64,000 nt of DNA from Thermodesulfobacteriota bacterium (GTDB lineage: Bacteria > Desulfobacterota > Desulfarculia > JACQYL01), in contig CAXXLZ010000001.1 of NCBI GenBank assembly GCA_963675595.2, positions 320,001-384,000 of the forward strand. The letters are read 5' to 3'. Position 1 is the stretch's first letter; each line of letters opens with the position of its first letter. Shown one piece after another: positions 45,797 to 55,915 of the stretch. The notes beneath the pieces were generated by a model. That model did not search any database, was not told where the DNA came from, and saw nothing but the letters and a program-made list of their open reading frames with translations. The position numbers and the translations under genes are program-made.

Positions 45797-46579
45797 ATGA
45801 ACCGGATTTCGGAAACCGCAACCATTGAAGACGGGGTCGTCATGGGGGACGGCAACGTCATCCATGATTATGTCCTGATCAAGAAAGGAACCGTGCTGGG
45901 GGACGGCAACGAGATCGGCCGGTTTTCCCAAGTGGGCCCCTTTGTCACCATGGGCGACCGCAACAAGCTGGACTTCCAGGTGGTGCTCGGCGGAGCCCCC
46001 CAGGACTTGGCCTACAAAGGGGAAAAGAGCGGTTTGACCATCGGCGACGACAATACGTTTCGGGAGTTCTGTACCGCACATCGGGGGGACGGCAAAGGGT
46101 CGGATACCCGAATCGGGGACCGGAACTTCTTCATGGGATACACCCATGTGGCCCACAACTGCCGGGTGGGGAACCATTGTGTATTGACCAACTATGTGGG
46201 GCTGTCCGGGTATGTGGTCATGGAGGATTATGCTATTTTGGGAGGCCACGCCGGTTGCCGGCAGTTCTGCCGGGTGGGGGCCCATTCCATGGTGGGGGGC
46301 ATGACCAAGGTCAATCTTGATGTGCCTCCTTACGCCCTGGCGGACGGGGCTATCGCGGGGGTGAGGGGGGTGAACGTCGTGGGATTGAAAAGACGGGGAT
46401 TTTCAAGGGAAGAGGTTCAGCGCATCAAGGAATGCTTTGAGATGCTCTTTCAGCCGGGCAGGATATTGAAACAAGCTCTCGATCGAATGGCGGACACCTT
46501 TCCCAACGATCCCCATGCAAGGCGAATCATTGATTTTTGCTCAGCTTCCAAACGGGGGATCACGCCGTTTAACAAGTGA
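45797..46579 (+). CDS. lpxA: LpxA-family hexapeptide acyltransferase (divergent)
   Basis: PQDL, REFCTAHRG, HVAHNC, DVPPY and GLKRRGF motifs. Confidence 0.8.
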   Translation: MNRISETATIEDGVVMGDGNVIHDYVLIKKGTVLGDGNEIGRFSQVGPFVTMGDRNKLDFQVVLGGAPQDLAYKGEKSGLTIGDDNTFREFCTAHRGDGKGSDTRIGDRNFFMGYTHVAHNCRVGNHCVLTNYVGLSGYVVMEDYAILGGHAGCRQFCRVGAHSMVGGMTKVNLDVPPYALADGAIAGVRGVNVVGLKRRGFSREEVQRIKECFEMLFQPGRILKQALDRMADTFPNDPHARRIIDFCSASKRGITPFNK

Positions 46580-46602
46580 CCAGGAAACGCGCCCGGGAGT
46601 TT

Positions 46603-47448
46603 TTAGGGGGTATCTCCCGAAGGATTCAGCAATAGAGGCATCCGGCCGGATTCACCTTCAAATACAATGATCTTGCTGTTGTCGGACTTGCCCAGCTCGC
46701 CCAGGGTTCTGATTTTCATCCATCTGAGCAGGTCGTCGTTCAGGCTTTCGTTCACCACCTTCTGATAAGCGTTGATGCTGTTGGCTTCGATCTCCCGGCG
46801 CTTGGCCTCGTCCTGCTCTTTCTTCAGGATGAACTCGTAAGCCAGGGCGTCCTGCTGGAGTTTGAGTTTGTTTTCGATGGCCTTGTTGATGGGGCCGGGC
46901 AGTTCCACCTTTTCCACCACCACTTCCTCGACGAGGAAAGGGAGCCCGGTCAATTCCCGCTGGGTTTCCCTGAGTATCTGCTCCTGGAATCTGTCCATGG
47001 CCGTAGTGTACAGGTCTTCAGGGAGGTATTTTCCCACAACCTCGCGAGCGGAGGCGTAGATCGCCGGAACCAGGATTTTTTCGATGTAATCGGTGCCGAT
47101 ATGGGTGGTGAGCTCCTTCAGTTCATCCGGGTTCGGATGAAAAATGGAGGAGATGCGCAACTCCACAAAGAGTCCGTTTTTGGTGAGGGCATCCACATCC
47201 AAGGTCTTTTTCTGTTTGGTGACGTCGTAGATGTACATCCTGTTCCACGGGGCCACCGTGTACAGGCCCGGATCGTACCTTTCATTGGAGAGGGGGTCGG
47301 CGGACAGGGCCTGGAAGAGGATGCCGGCCTGACCCGGATAGATGTAGATGAAAATGGACTGAGAGAAGTAGACCAAAAAAAAGAGGAGCACAAACAAGAG
47401 GGAAACGAATTTTATCTTATGGTCTCCGATGATCTTGAACACCTTCAT
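46603..47448 (-). CDS. SPFH/prohibitin-family protein
   Basis: N-terminal TM; PWN...YD, R.VVGKY.PE.LY and AIE.KL motifs; coiled coil. Confidence 0.88.
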   Translation of the reverse strand: MKVFKIIGDHKIKFVSLLFVLLFFLVYFSQSIFIYIYPGQAGILFQALSADPLSNERYDPGLYTVAPWNRMYIYDVTKQKKTLDVDALTKNGLFVELRISSIFHPNPDELKELTTHIGTDYIEKILVPAIYASAREVVGKYLPEDLYTTAMDRFQEQILRETQRELTGLPFLVEEVVVEKVELPGPINKAIENKLKLQQDALAYEFILKKEQDEAKRREIEANSINAYQKVVNESLNDDLLRWMKIRTLGELGKSDNSKIIVFEGESGRMPLLLNPSGDTP

Positions 47449-47493
47449 TGATACACCCCATCCTTTGGATCCTTTGGAATTGAAGTCGGCGGA

Positions 47494-49134
47494 TCAGGTT
47501 GAAACGATTTTGCCGTTTTCCAGCTTGATCACTCGGTCCGCCACATGGAAATATTTTTCATCGTGGGAAACCGCAATAATGGTTCTGCCCCGGGCCTTTA
47601 GTTCCTGCAGGTATTCTTCGTAGAAGAATTTTCGGAACTGGGGATCAAGGTCCGCGGTCACTTCATCCATCACCAGAATCGGCGCAGCTTCCACGTGGGT
47701 GGACAGGAGGGCCAGTCGTTTTCTCTGGCCGGCGGAAAGGTTCAGGTTGGTGAAACACTCTCCGTTCCAACCCGCAAGTCCGCCCATGCCCAATTTCACC
47801 AATATGGAATCGACCACTCCGGGGTCCACGGTCTTCATGCCGTAAAACCGGTCGAACAGGTAATAATCCGGGAAGATGATTCCGAACAATTCCCGGTAGT
47901 CCTCATAACAGGAATCGTCGATCAGCCGGTCCTTCAGGAAGATACGGCCGGCATCGGGAGGATAGAGACCGGTGAGGAGCTTAAGCAGGGTGGTCTTGCC
48001 CGAGCCGTTTCCTCCGATGATGAAGATGAGCCGGCCCGGTTCAATGTCCAGGGACAGGGGGCCCAGGGTGAAGGTGTAATCGTTCCTTTCACCGGGATAA
48101 TGAAAGGACACGTCTTCCAGGCGAATGGATAAATCCGACGGTGCCGAGGAGGCGAACCGGCCTGCATAGGGCCGGGATGTTTCCGCCGCTGCGGTTAGTT
48201 CCGTTTCCAATCGGTTGATTTTTTCAATCGCTCTTTCGGACTTGAGAATGAGGGGGATGTTCAACACGATACGGGTCATGGAACCGTAGGAGAACAGAAC
48301 CACGGCGGCGATACGGATAATGTCCGCGGATTGGACCGACCCCAGGCGGGGCAGCAGAAAGATCATGGCGGCCACCAGGGCGTAATAAAAAGACTGGATA
48401 AAAGCGATGTTTACCGACATCTGATTCTCGGCCTTGACTCGAGATTGCTTGGCGGCTTCCGATGTGGGCATTACGTAATTCTCCAGCAGATCCTTTCCTT
48501 TTTCGTGGTTCACCTTGATTTCCTTGAACCCTTCCAGGAAATACTTGAAAATATCCTTGAACCGGTCCTCCAGGACCGTGGTTTCCTTGAGCAGCTTCTG
48601 GGCCCGTTTCAGGTTGGAGGTATAGACGAAAATACCGAAAATATAGAACACGACAATGGTCATAATGGCGGATTTGGAGATCAGGGCGATATACACGGCA
48701 CAAAAGACGATCATCACCACAGCCGCCCCAACGCTTGCCAGGGACTTGGAAGTTTCCAGGATGATGTCCGTGTTGGTGTAGAGGGTGGCGTAGATTTGCT
48801 GCTTACCGGTCTGTTCGAACGAAAGGGTCCGGGTATTCCGTAACTTGTCCGCGATCCCCACAAAGGTGGAAAAGATGATGCTTTCCGTCAGGGCAATGGT
48901 TTTCGAGTTGGCGTAGTAGCCGGCAACGCTGTAGGCGGCCAACACCAGCAGAAACATCAGCAACATCCTGAGCCGGGGCCCGCCGTCCATGATGTCGCCG
49001 GCCGCCTGGTTGATGATGAGGACGATACAGCCCTGGAGTACACCGGTGATGAATGCGGCAAAGATGATGCCGAACCATGCCTGCTTGTTTTCCTTGATGA
49101 ACAGCCTGTACAACCCGAATCTTGTTAGGGGCAT
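47494..49134 (-). CDS. Cyclic-peptide export ABC transporter (PvdE/SyrD/YojI type)
   Basis: GFKEIK, GGNGSGKTT, LSAGQRKRLAL and DLDPQFRKFFY motifs. Confidence 0.9.
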   Translation of the reverse strand: MPLTRFGLYRLFIKENKQAWFGIIFAAFITGVLQGCIVLIINQAAGDIMDGGPRLRMLLMFLLVLAAYSVAGYYANSKTIALTESIIFSTFVGIADKLRNTRTLSFEQTGKQQIYATLYTNTDIILETSKSLASVGAAVVMIVFCAVYIALISKSAIMTIVVFYIFGIFVYTSNLKRAQKLLKETTVLEDRFKDIFKYFLEGFKEIKVNHEKGKDLLENYVMPTSEAAKQSRVKAENQMSVNIAFIQSFYYALVAAMIFLLPRLGSVQSADIIRIAAVVLFSYGSMTRIVLNIPLILKSERAIEKINRLETELTAAAETSRPYAGRFASSAPSDLSIRLEDVSFHYPGERNDYTFTLGPLSLDIEPGRLIFIIGGNGSGKTTLLKLLTGLYPPDAGRIFLKDRLIDDSCYEDYRELFGIIFPDYYLFDRFYGMKTVDPGVVDSILVKLGMGGLAGWNGECFTNLNLSAGQRKRLALLSTHVEAAPILVMDEVTADLDPQFRKFFYEEYLQELKARGRTIIAVSHDEKYFHVADRVIKLENGKIVST

Positions 49135-49228
49135 GCCGGAACATCCTTAAGACATGAAACCAGGGTGCGGTCGGACAAAAGGACCGTTTTTCAACGGTCC
49201 GCAACGATCCGATCTCTTCAACGTGCCG

Positions 49229-49897
49229 CTAGATCTGCAGGCGGGAGAACATCGGCTCCTCAATGTCGACCGGGTTCTCGAGAACCGCCCGGATACCGAT
49301 CATCACTCCCGCAGCCGATGTCTCCACCGACATGCTGGGAGCACCAAGGTTTTCCTCCAGCGCCGCCGTGCTCGGCAGATGAGGGAGGTGGATCCACCCC
49401 GCGCGAACGTGCAGACCCGCCGTCGCGATATGATGGAGTATCCCGTACATCAGGTGATTGCAGCAGAAGGTGCCCGGCGCGTCCGAAATATCGGAGGGGA
49501 TACCCGCCTCCCGCATTGCCTTCACCATGGCTCGAATCGGTAGTGTGGTGTAATAGGCCGCGGGACCGCCGGGAACGGTGGGTTGATCTTGAAGCGCGCA
49601 TCCGTCATTGTCCACCAGTCCATATCTGGTTGAATCGTTCAGGTTTTGAGCAATCCTCTCCACCGTTATGACGGCGCGCCCCCCGAACTCCCCCATCATG
49701 ACAACAACGCTCGGATGAACGTCGTCCATAGCTGCGCGCACGAAATCAACAGCTTTGAAGAAGGTGTTGGGGACAACCTTTCCCACGATCTTCGAGCCGT
49801 TCACCAGGGAGCCGTCGAGCTCCCGCACTACCTGTTCCGCCGGATTTATGGGCGTATTTCCGAAAGCTTCGAATCCCGTCAATAGAACCGTGGCCAA
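49229..49897 (-). CDS. pcp: Pyroglutamyl-peptidase I
   Basis: LLTGFEAFG, NP, ERIA.N, GTFCCN and IHLP motifs. Confidence 0.92.
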   Translation of the reverse strand: MATVLLTGFEAFGNTPINPAEQVVRELDGSLVNGSKIVGKVVPNTFFKAVDFVRAAMDDVHPSVVVMMGEFGGRAVITVERIAQNLNDSTRYGLVDNDGCALQDQPTVPGGPAAYYTTLPIRAMVKAMREAGIPSDISDAPGTFCCNHLMYGILHHIATAGLHVRAGWIHLPHLPSTAALEENLGAPSMSVETSAAGVMIGIRAVLENPVDIEEPMFSRLQI

Positions 49898-50052
49898 CGT
49901 GCCCTCCTTTCAAAGGTTGTAACAACATCGAGACTCTGTCGATGTTCCGGCCACGGCTTCGGCATAGAGAGCGGGACTCCGGGGCCTCGCTCCGTTTGGT
50001 AGGACTCCAAAAAGCCGGATTTCCGCCGGTCCTTCAGCAGTTCCTTCAGCCT

Positions 50053-50835
50053 CTATTTGCACAACGCCCTGTCCCATTCGGCCTGGGATAAAATCAGGAG
50101 CGTCTGTACCGTACCGTTTTCCACCAGGGTCTTGATTCGTTCGCTCATGGCGGCGTGGTACTTGTCATAGCACGGGGACTTTTTGGAGAAGGCCGTGAAC
50201 ATCTTGAAGGCGTTGAGCTGAGTTGGGAGAATTTCGACGGCATCGTCGAGGTCGAGCCTGGCGATTTCGGCCATTCCGGGATACAGGCCGATGATGAGAT
50301 AATCCCCTTCACCCCGGAGGAGCATGCGGAAACACGCCTCGACTCCGTCGCCCCGGATTACGTTGAGGTGCTTCGCCATGTAAGCGTCGAACTCCGTGCC
50401 GTAACTTTCGCCTTGATTGGTCACGCCTTTCCGGTCCTTCAGGTCCGCCCATTGGGCGAAGGGAAAGGATTTGCCTTTTGGGACCGCCAGAACCACGGGG
50501 TCCTGTATGTAGGACGGTTCGACATAGTGCATGTATTCCGCGCGGGTGTCGTCGTAGTAAATGCCGAAAATCATGTCGACCTCTCCTTTGCGCACGGCTT
50601 CCTGGGCGGCCGCCCAGGATCCCGAGGATTTGACCGTCACTTCCAAGCCCAAATCACGACCGATCATTTCCATCATCTTGGCGGACGCGCCTTTGATGTG
50701 ATCGCCGTCCTTCCACGACACCGGAGGATACGAAGGATGTCCCGTGACGACGAGTTCGGCACAATCCCCGGCCCACACCCAAGAGGTGCACAGGGTCAAA
50801 CAGATGGACAGAATCGCACAGGTCGTCTTTCTCAT
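50053..50835 (-). CDS. Periplasmic substrate-binding protein, family 3
   Basis: Signal peptide; HPSYPP, GESYG and AFSKKSPC motifs. Confidence 0.85.
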   Translation of the reverse strand: MRKTTCAILSICLTLCTSWVWAGDCAELVVTGHPSYPPVSWKDGDHIKGASAKMMEMIGRDLGLEVTVKSSGSWAAAQEAVRKGEVDMIFGIYYDDTRAEYMHYVEPSYIQDPVVLAVPKGKSFPFAQWADLKDRKGVTNQGESYGTEFDAYMAKHLNVIRGDGVEACFRMLLRGEGDYLIIGLYPGMAEIARLDLDDAVEILPTQLNAFKMFTAFSKKSPCYDKYHAAMSERIKTLVENGTVQTLLILSQAEWDRALCK

Positions 50836-51104
50836 GGCTTCCTCCCGAATTTTGTGGAACGACTCGGTCGGTGAATCACACCGTTGCCGGGTCGAGGCCC
50901 GGTTCTTGGTTTTCATTCATGAAAAAGACTTTTGGGGAACGGTCCCACCCATGCCTTTCTTCAAAGCCGGTTAAACGTTCCTCGTCTCCGTCACGCCCGC
51001 ACGGGGCCGGGGCAAAACCGAAGAATGACGCCGTAAATGGGTGTTCCACACCATGAATTTCCGACCCTGTCGTTTTATTGTGCGGAAAACGGAATGTTTT
51101 GTAA

Positions 51105-51142
51105 AGCACGGTGCGAGTCTCACAGCACGGTGCGAGTCTCAC
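51105..51142. repeat. Perfect 19-bp tandem repeat AGCACGGTGCGAGTCTCAC x2
   Basis: Read directly from the sequence. Confidence 0.9.
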
Positions 51143-51720
51143 TCGGGCCCGGACGGATATCTTCGCGAATCGGATCGTGAGCATTTGCGACATGGGAGCG
51201 GAACATCGAATTGAGTTTACCGCCGAAATCCTGACACTCCGGCGCCTTGCACGAGCCGATTCGACGCTCGTGGCAACTGTGGGATTCTGATGCGTTCCGT
51301 CGGATCGGGAACCACCGCCGGGTCGCGGTATCGGACCTCTGCTAGGCGGACGATCATGGAATAATACGTGGTATCGGTGGGTTACATGGTAGGTCTTGCG
51401 GGGGTAAAGAGATCGTTCCGGGGGGCCTCGGGAGCGACTTCGGGGGAGGTGCCGGGTTGTGAGGTGGGCCCGATGGAACGAGGCGTCGAGGGGGTTCTTG
51501 GGATCGGGAGGGAAATGGAACGCTATTTGCACTGCATCGAGTCCAACGTTCCGGAGGAACGGCAGGCGGCTCCGGGAACCTTGAATCGCAGGCCATCGGG
51601 GGCGATTCCCTTCAGGGGGTGGTGAAAGAATCTTCCTCCTGAAATTGCCGCGAGGAAAATAATTCGCAGCCCTTCAAGGGGGTCGAGGAATCCGCTCCGG
51701 CGGAATTGAGGGAAGCACAC

Positions 51721-52107
51721 ATGACGGTAGATCAGTTGGATGAGGAAAGAGAGAAGAGGCTCAAGCTGGAGGGCGCGTTGGAAATGGCGGGAGCCACCGC
51801 CGAGGAGCTCAACCGGCCGCTTACCATCATTCAGTTTCTGCTGGATTCATTGCTCAAAGAGAGCGACGTTCACGATCCCAAGCAGCCGTACCTGAAGCTG
51901 ATTTCGGAACAACTTTACCAGATCGCCGAGTTGGCCCGTCGAATCAACAACGTCTGGACCTATGAGACCAAGGAGGCGGGGAACGGGAGGAGCGTCATAG
52001 ATTTGAACAAGTCGGTTTCTCCCTGCGTCGAACGGGATCGCATTAGCTACAGCGGTGAGTATTGGAAACTGTCGGCAGAGCTGAAGACCAAGTTGGGGAG
52101 GACATGA
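51721..52107 (+). CDS. Small HisKA-like protein lacking the His
   Basis: ALEMAGATAEELNRPL...YETK...IDL.KS. Confidence 0.65.
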   Translation: MTVDQLDEEREKRLKLEGALEMAGATAEELNRPLTIIQFLLDSLLKESDVHDPKQPYLKLISEQLYQIAELARRINNVWTYETKEAGNGRSVIDLNKSVSPCVERDRISYSGEYWKLSAELKTKLGRT

Positions 52108-52508
52108 CTTCATAACGATGGTGCTGTTCAATAGGGACATTCCTTTGTTCCATAGGCGTGGGAGCGTCCTTACGTACCCTTCATCATGTTCCTATCTTCG
52201 GAGGGGTTTGCCCGACCGCGTCACCACGTCCGCTTCTCGATTATCCCGACACCTTACATTCTCTTTTCCTCCTCGGCGGCCCCCACTTTCGGTCTCGGGA
52301 TCAGAGAGATCGCCCGGTTCGGAACGGCGACCCGTTCCATGTCCCCGGAGACTTGGTTATACGCAACGAGAAGAGTCCACGAGAGACGTTCTTGAGGGAT
52401 CGGAGCGACCAATACGTTCCCGCTGAATTCGGTTGAATTCGGAAAGGCTGCGTGATAGTTCTTAGTTGGATAAGCGGGCTCCGCTAACGGCAATCCCTGA
52501 GGTTCCAT

Positions 52509-52883
52509 ATGACGGACGAAAGCAGCGCAAACCGCAGAACGAGGATTCGCACCAACTTTCTGGGAGTGGTCCGAATCTCTTCGGATGAGTGGGGAACGGA
52601 GACGGCGGAATGCGAGAACCTGAGCTTGAGGGGTGTGTTCGCTAAGTATTACGGGCGGTTGAGACCCGGAGATCTTTGCCGGGTGGAGATCGTGCTCTCC
52701 GATGCCGAAAGTTCCGGTGGAATCGTGGCCCGAGGTCGTGTGGCACGAAGGACGGAAGAAGGCTTGGGCGTAGAGTTCCTGGAAATGGAGCCCGAAAGCT
52801 TCATTCATCTCGAACGACTGCTCGAATGGAATAGCGACGATGCCGACAAGATAGCCGAGGAGCTGACTAATCCCGCGTTTTGA
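52509..52883 (+). CDS. PilZ-domain protein
   Basis: RRTRIR and NLSLRG c-di-GMP-binding motifs. Confidence 0.85.
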   Translation: MTDESSANRRTRIRTNFLGVVRISSDEWGTETAECENLSLRGVFAKYYGRLRPGDLCRVEIVLSDAESSGGIVARGRVARRTEEGLGVEFLEMEPESFIHLERLLEWNSDDADKIAEELTNPAF

Positions 52884-52952
52884 GAGGGCGTCACGCCGCA
52901 ATGAGCGTAGGGGCGGGTCGGTTCCGGCTTGAATAGGGATCGGAGAGGCTGC

Positions 52953-53432
52953 ATGAAGAGCATCGTAGGCATCGCGGACATGGCTGTGTCCAATGACCCG
53001 TCCGACGTTCTGGTTACGTTTTCGTTGGGTTCTTGTATTGGTGTTGCGATTTATGACCCGGTGGCCAAAGTGGGGGGGCTCCTCCACTATATGCTGCCGG
53101 AGAAGAAGTTGGATCCGGAAAAGGCGAGCAGGAAACCCTGCATGTTCGCCGATTCGGGAGTTCCGTTTCTGTTTCGCCAGGCTTACGAACTCGGCGCACA
53201 GAAGAACCGCATCATCGTCAAGGTCGCGGGCGGCGCACAGATTTTGGACGACAGCGGATACTTCAATATCGGCAAGCGCAATTATGCGATGCTCAGGAAG
53301 CTGCTCTGGCGAAACAATGTGATGATCACGAGCGAGCACGTGGGAGGCAACGTCAACCGGACCATGTACCTGCATGTCCAAGACGGCAGGGTCTGGCTCA
53401 AGGTATCCGGAAAAGAAGAGGTGGAACTATGA
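52953..53432 (+). CDS. cheD: Chemoreceptor glutamine deamidase CheD
   Basis: LGSCIGV, LHYMLP, KVAGGA and IGKRN motifs. Confidence 0.9.
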   Translation: MKSIVGIADMAVSNDPSDVLVTFSLGSCIGVAIYDPVAKVGGLLHYMLPEKKLDPEKASRKPCMFADSGVPFLFRQAYELGAQKNRIIVKVAGGAQILDDSGYFNIGKRNYAMLRKLLWRNNVMITSEHVGGNVNRTMYLHVQDGRVWLKVSGKEEVEL

Positions 53433-54280
53433 AGGATACGCAAACCATCCTGAAGTCCATCGACGCCCTTCCTCCTTTTCCTCAGATCGCTCGGAAGGCT
53501 CTGGCCGTGCTCAGCGATCCGGACTATTCGGCTCCTGAAGTGGTTCGACTTATTGAACTCGATCCGTCCATTACCGCCGAAGTCTTGAGACTGTGCAATT
53601 CCTCTTATTTCGGTTTGGTCCGCAAGGTGGGGTCCGTACGTCAGGCGGTGGCCGTGTTGGGTCAGAAAAGCCTGATCCAGCTGATCATGACTTCAAGTAG
53701 TCTACGCTTTTTCAAACGCGACAGTGATGGTTATGAAGTAAAGGGAGTGGAGCTGTGGCGCCATTCCGTGGCTTGCGCCATCATGTGCCATATCCTGCTC
53801 TCCAGGGTGGGACTGACACTGGAACATGACGTTTTCACCACCGGTTTGTTACACGACATCGGTAAGATGGTGTTGAGTCGATTCGTGAAGGAGGAGTTGG
53901 GTAAAATCCGACACCTTGTTGAAGAAGATAATTACAGCTTTTTGGAGGCCGAAAAAGAAGTCCTCGGTATGGACCACGCGGAGTTGGGCGCCGCCGTGGT
54001 TGAACGATGGAATTTTCCGGAAGAAATATGCCGTGCCATCCGTTTTCATCATACTCCCCAAAAGGCTCTTCCTGATGATCTGCTGACCCATGTCGTCTAC
54101 CTGGCGAACATCACCTGCCTGCTGGCGGGGGAAGGGGGCAGCGGTGTCGACGGGTTGCGGTACCGGGGGCATTCCGAAGCCATTCTTAGGCTGAACCTGA
54201 AAGCCAAAGATATTCAGAGCAATTTGATTCTTCTTGAAGAAGAGATGAGAAAGACCGAAGAGCTCATCCGACTGGGCTGA
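53429..54280 (+). CDS. HDOD-domain protein
   Basis: LPPFP, DPSIT..VL.LCNS, WRHS, LLHDIGK and HAELG motifs. Confidence 0.92.
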   Translation: MKDTQTILKSIDALPPFPQIARKALAVLSDPDYSAPEVVRLIELDPSITAEVLRLCNSSYFGLVRKVGSVRQAVAVLGQKSLIQLIMTSSSLRFFKRDSDGYEVKGVELWRHSVACAIMCHILLSRVGLTLEHDVFTTGLLHDIGKMVLSRFVKEELGKIRHLVEEDNYSFLEAEKEVLGMDHAELGAAVVERWNFPEEICRAIRFHHTPQKALPDDLLTHVVYLANITCLLAGEGGSGVDGLRYRGHSEAILRLNLKAKDIQSNLILLEEEMRKTEELIRLG

Positions 54281-54292
54281 GGGAGAAGACGG

Positions 54293-54715
54293 ATGCCGAT
54301 CAACGTGCTGCTCGTAGATGATTCGAAAGCCATGCGTTCCGCCATAAAAAAGATGATCCACATTTCCGGGATTGATGTCGGAGAGTTCTTTGAAGCATCC
54401 AACGGCAAGGAAGCATTGGCTCTGTTGGTGGACGAGTGGATCGATGTGATTCTGACCGACATACACATGCCTGAGATGGATGGACTGGCATTGCTGGATT
54501 CGGTGGGACGGGACGAAGTCTTAAAAAGAATTCCGGTGATCGTCATTACGACGGAAGGGCGGGAAGAGAGAATCCAGGAGGCGTTCGGTAAAGGTGCAAA
54601 AGGATACATTAAGAAGCCCTTTACGCCTGAGCAGTTCAAACAGACCGTCACGGAGGTCATAGGGGAAGAGTATGCCGTCGACGCTCAAGCAGATCTTGAA
54701 GGAAGTGACTTTTGA
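54293..54715 (+). CDS. CheY-like response regulator
   Basis: VDDS, TDIHMPEMDG, TTE and KPFT motifs. Confidence 0.9.
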   Translation: MPINVLLVDDSKAMRSAIKKMIHISGIDVGEFFEASNGKEALALLVDEWIDVILTDIHMPEMDGLALLDSVGRDEVLKRIPVIVITTEGREERIQEAFGKGAKGYIKKPFTPEQFKQTVTEVIGEEYAVDAQADLEGSDF

Positions 54716-55133
54716 AATCCTTGAGACCATGTTTTTTGCCTTGCCCGAGCCTTTGCCCGATGACGGAGGGTTGCTCCCCGGGCTGGTGTTCGATCTACGG
54801 GCCTCGGTAGCGTTGGGCGGACGCCAAAACCTGGCCTTGAACCTGTTCCTCCCCAAGCCCCTCGCCGCCGATCTGACGGCGAGTTTCCTCGGCCTGGAAC
54901 CCGACGAGATCGATGACGGCGCCGTGTCCGACATGGCCAAAGAGATGATCAACATGGTCGCCGGGAATCTCCTGAATCGCATAGGCGAACAGGCCGGTTT
55001 CGAAATGGGCATCCCTCAGGCCGTTTTCGGAAAACGGACTCTTACGCAGGAAACCCTGGCGGAAAACAAAAACGTGTTTATTTGCGTGGACGACCAGTTT
55101 CTGATGCTTTCCTTTTCAAGAGAAGATGGGTAA
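54672..55133 (+). CDS. cheX: CheX-family phosphatase
   Basis: LETMFF and KEMINMVAGN (ExxN) motifs. Confidence 0.8.
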   Translation: MPSTLKQILKEVTFEILETMFFALPEPLPDDGGLLPGLVFDLRASVALGGRQNLALNLFLPKPLAADLTASFLGLEPDEIDDGAVSDMAKEMINMVAGNLLNRIGEQAGFEMGIPQAVFGKRTLTQETLAENKNVFICVDDQFLMLSFSREDG

Positions 55134-55636
55134 TGGCCGGGGAAGTCGAGCTCTTCGAATACTTCCTGAAACCGGGGTATATCTTCGTATATCGGGAACC
55201 CACGGCGATTTATACGGTGCTGGGTTCCTGTGTGTCCATCTGCCTTTACGACAAAGAGCTTCAATTCGGCGGAATGAATCACTTCCTTTTCCCCAAGACT
55301 CAAGACGCTCGAGAGAGAACTCCCAAATATGGAAATGTGGCGGTGAGCTACCTGATTACACTGATGCTGGAGCAGGGAGGCAATATTGACAATCTGGTGG
55401 CTCAGATTTTCGGAGGCGCCCACCGTGGGGGAACCAATGAGCGGAACGTGGGGATGGAGAACATCGAAGTGGCTCAATCCATTCTAGAGAAGGCCGGAAT
55501 TCCCGTTATGTCCCAAGACGTGGGAGGGGCAATGGGGAGGAAGGTTATATACAGCTCCATGACCAACGAGGCCGTGGTTTACAAAGTGGAATCCATCCGC
55601 CGGGGAGACTGGTTTCCGTACACGGATCAGCGATAG
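55133..55636 (+). CDS. cheD: Second CheD
   Basis: LKPGY, TVLGSCVS, GGMNHFL and DVGG..GRK motifs. Confidence 0.9.
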   Translation: MAGEVELFEYFLKPGYIFVYREPTAIYTVLGSCVSICLYDKELQFGGMNHFLFPKTQDARERTPKYGNVAVSYLITLMLEQGGNIDNLVAQIFGGAHRGGTNERNVGMENIEVAQSILEKAGIPVMSQDVGGAMGRKVIYSSMTNEAVVYKVESIRRGDWFPYTDQR

Positions 55637-55915
55637 AGGAAAACCCCCGGCCTTGTTCGGTTTCCGGTTTCAAAGCCGAAGACGGAGTTCAATCGAAGAG
55701 CATCCCGAGGCGGAATTAACCTCAAGATCAGAGTATCGGAGGGGCGCTTCCACCAAAGATTTTGAGTGTCCGGCATTTGGACTTTCGGCGCATGAACCGA
55801 CGGACCGGGCTCTGCTTCGGTCTCGGGGTTCGAGATAGCGGTGATTCGCGCTCCGGAACCGGTCCGGCTCCGCCAAGAGAGTATCACCAATACGTGCGGG
55901 CGAGTCCCGCCGTTT

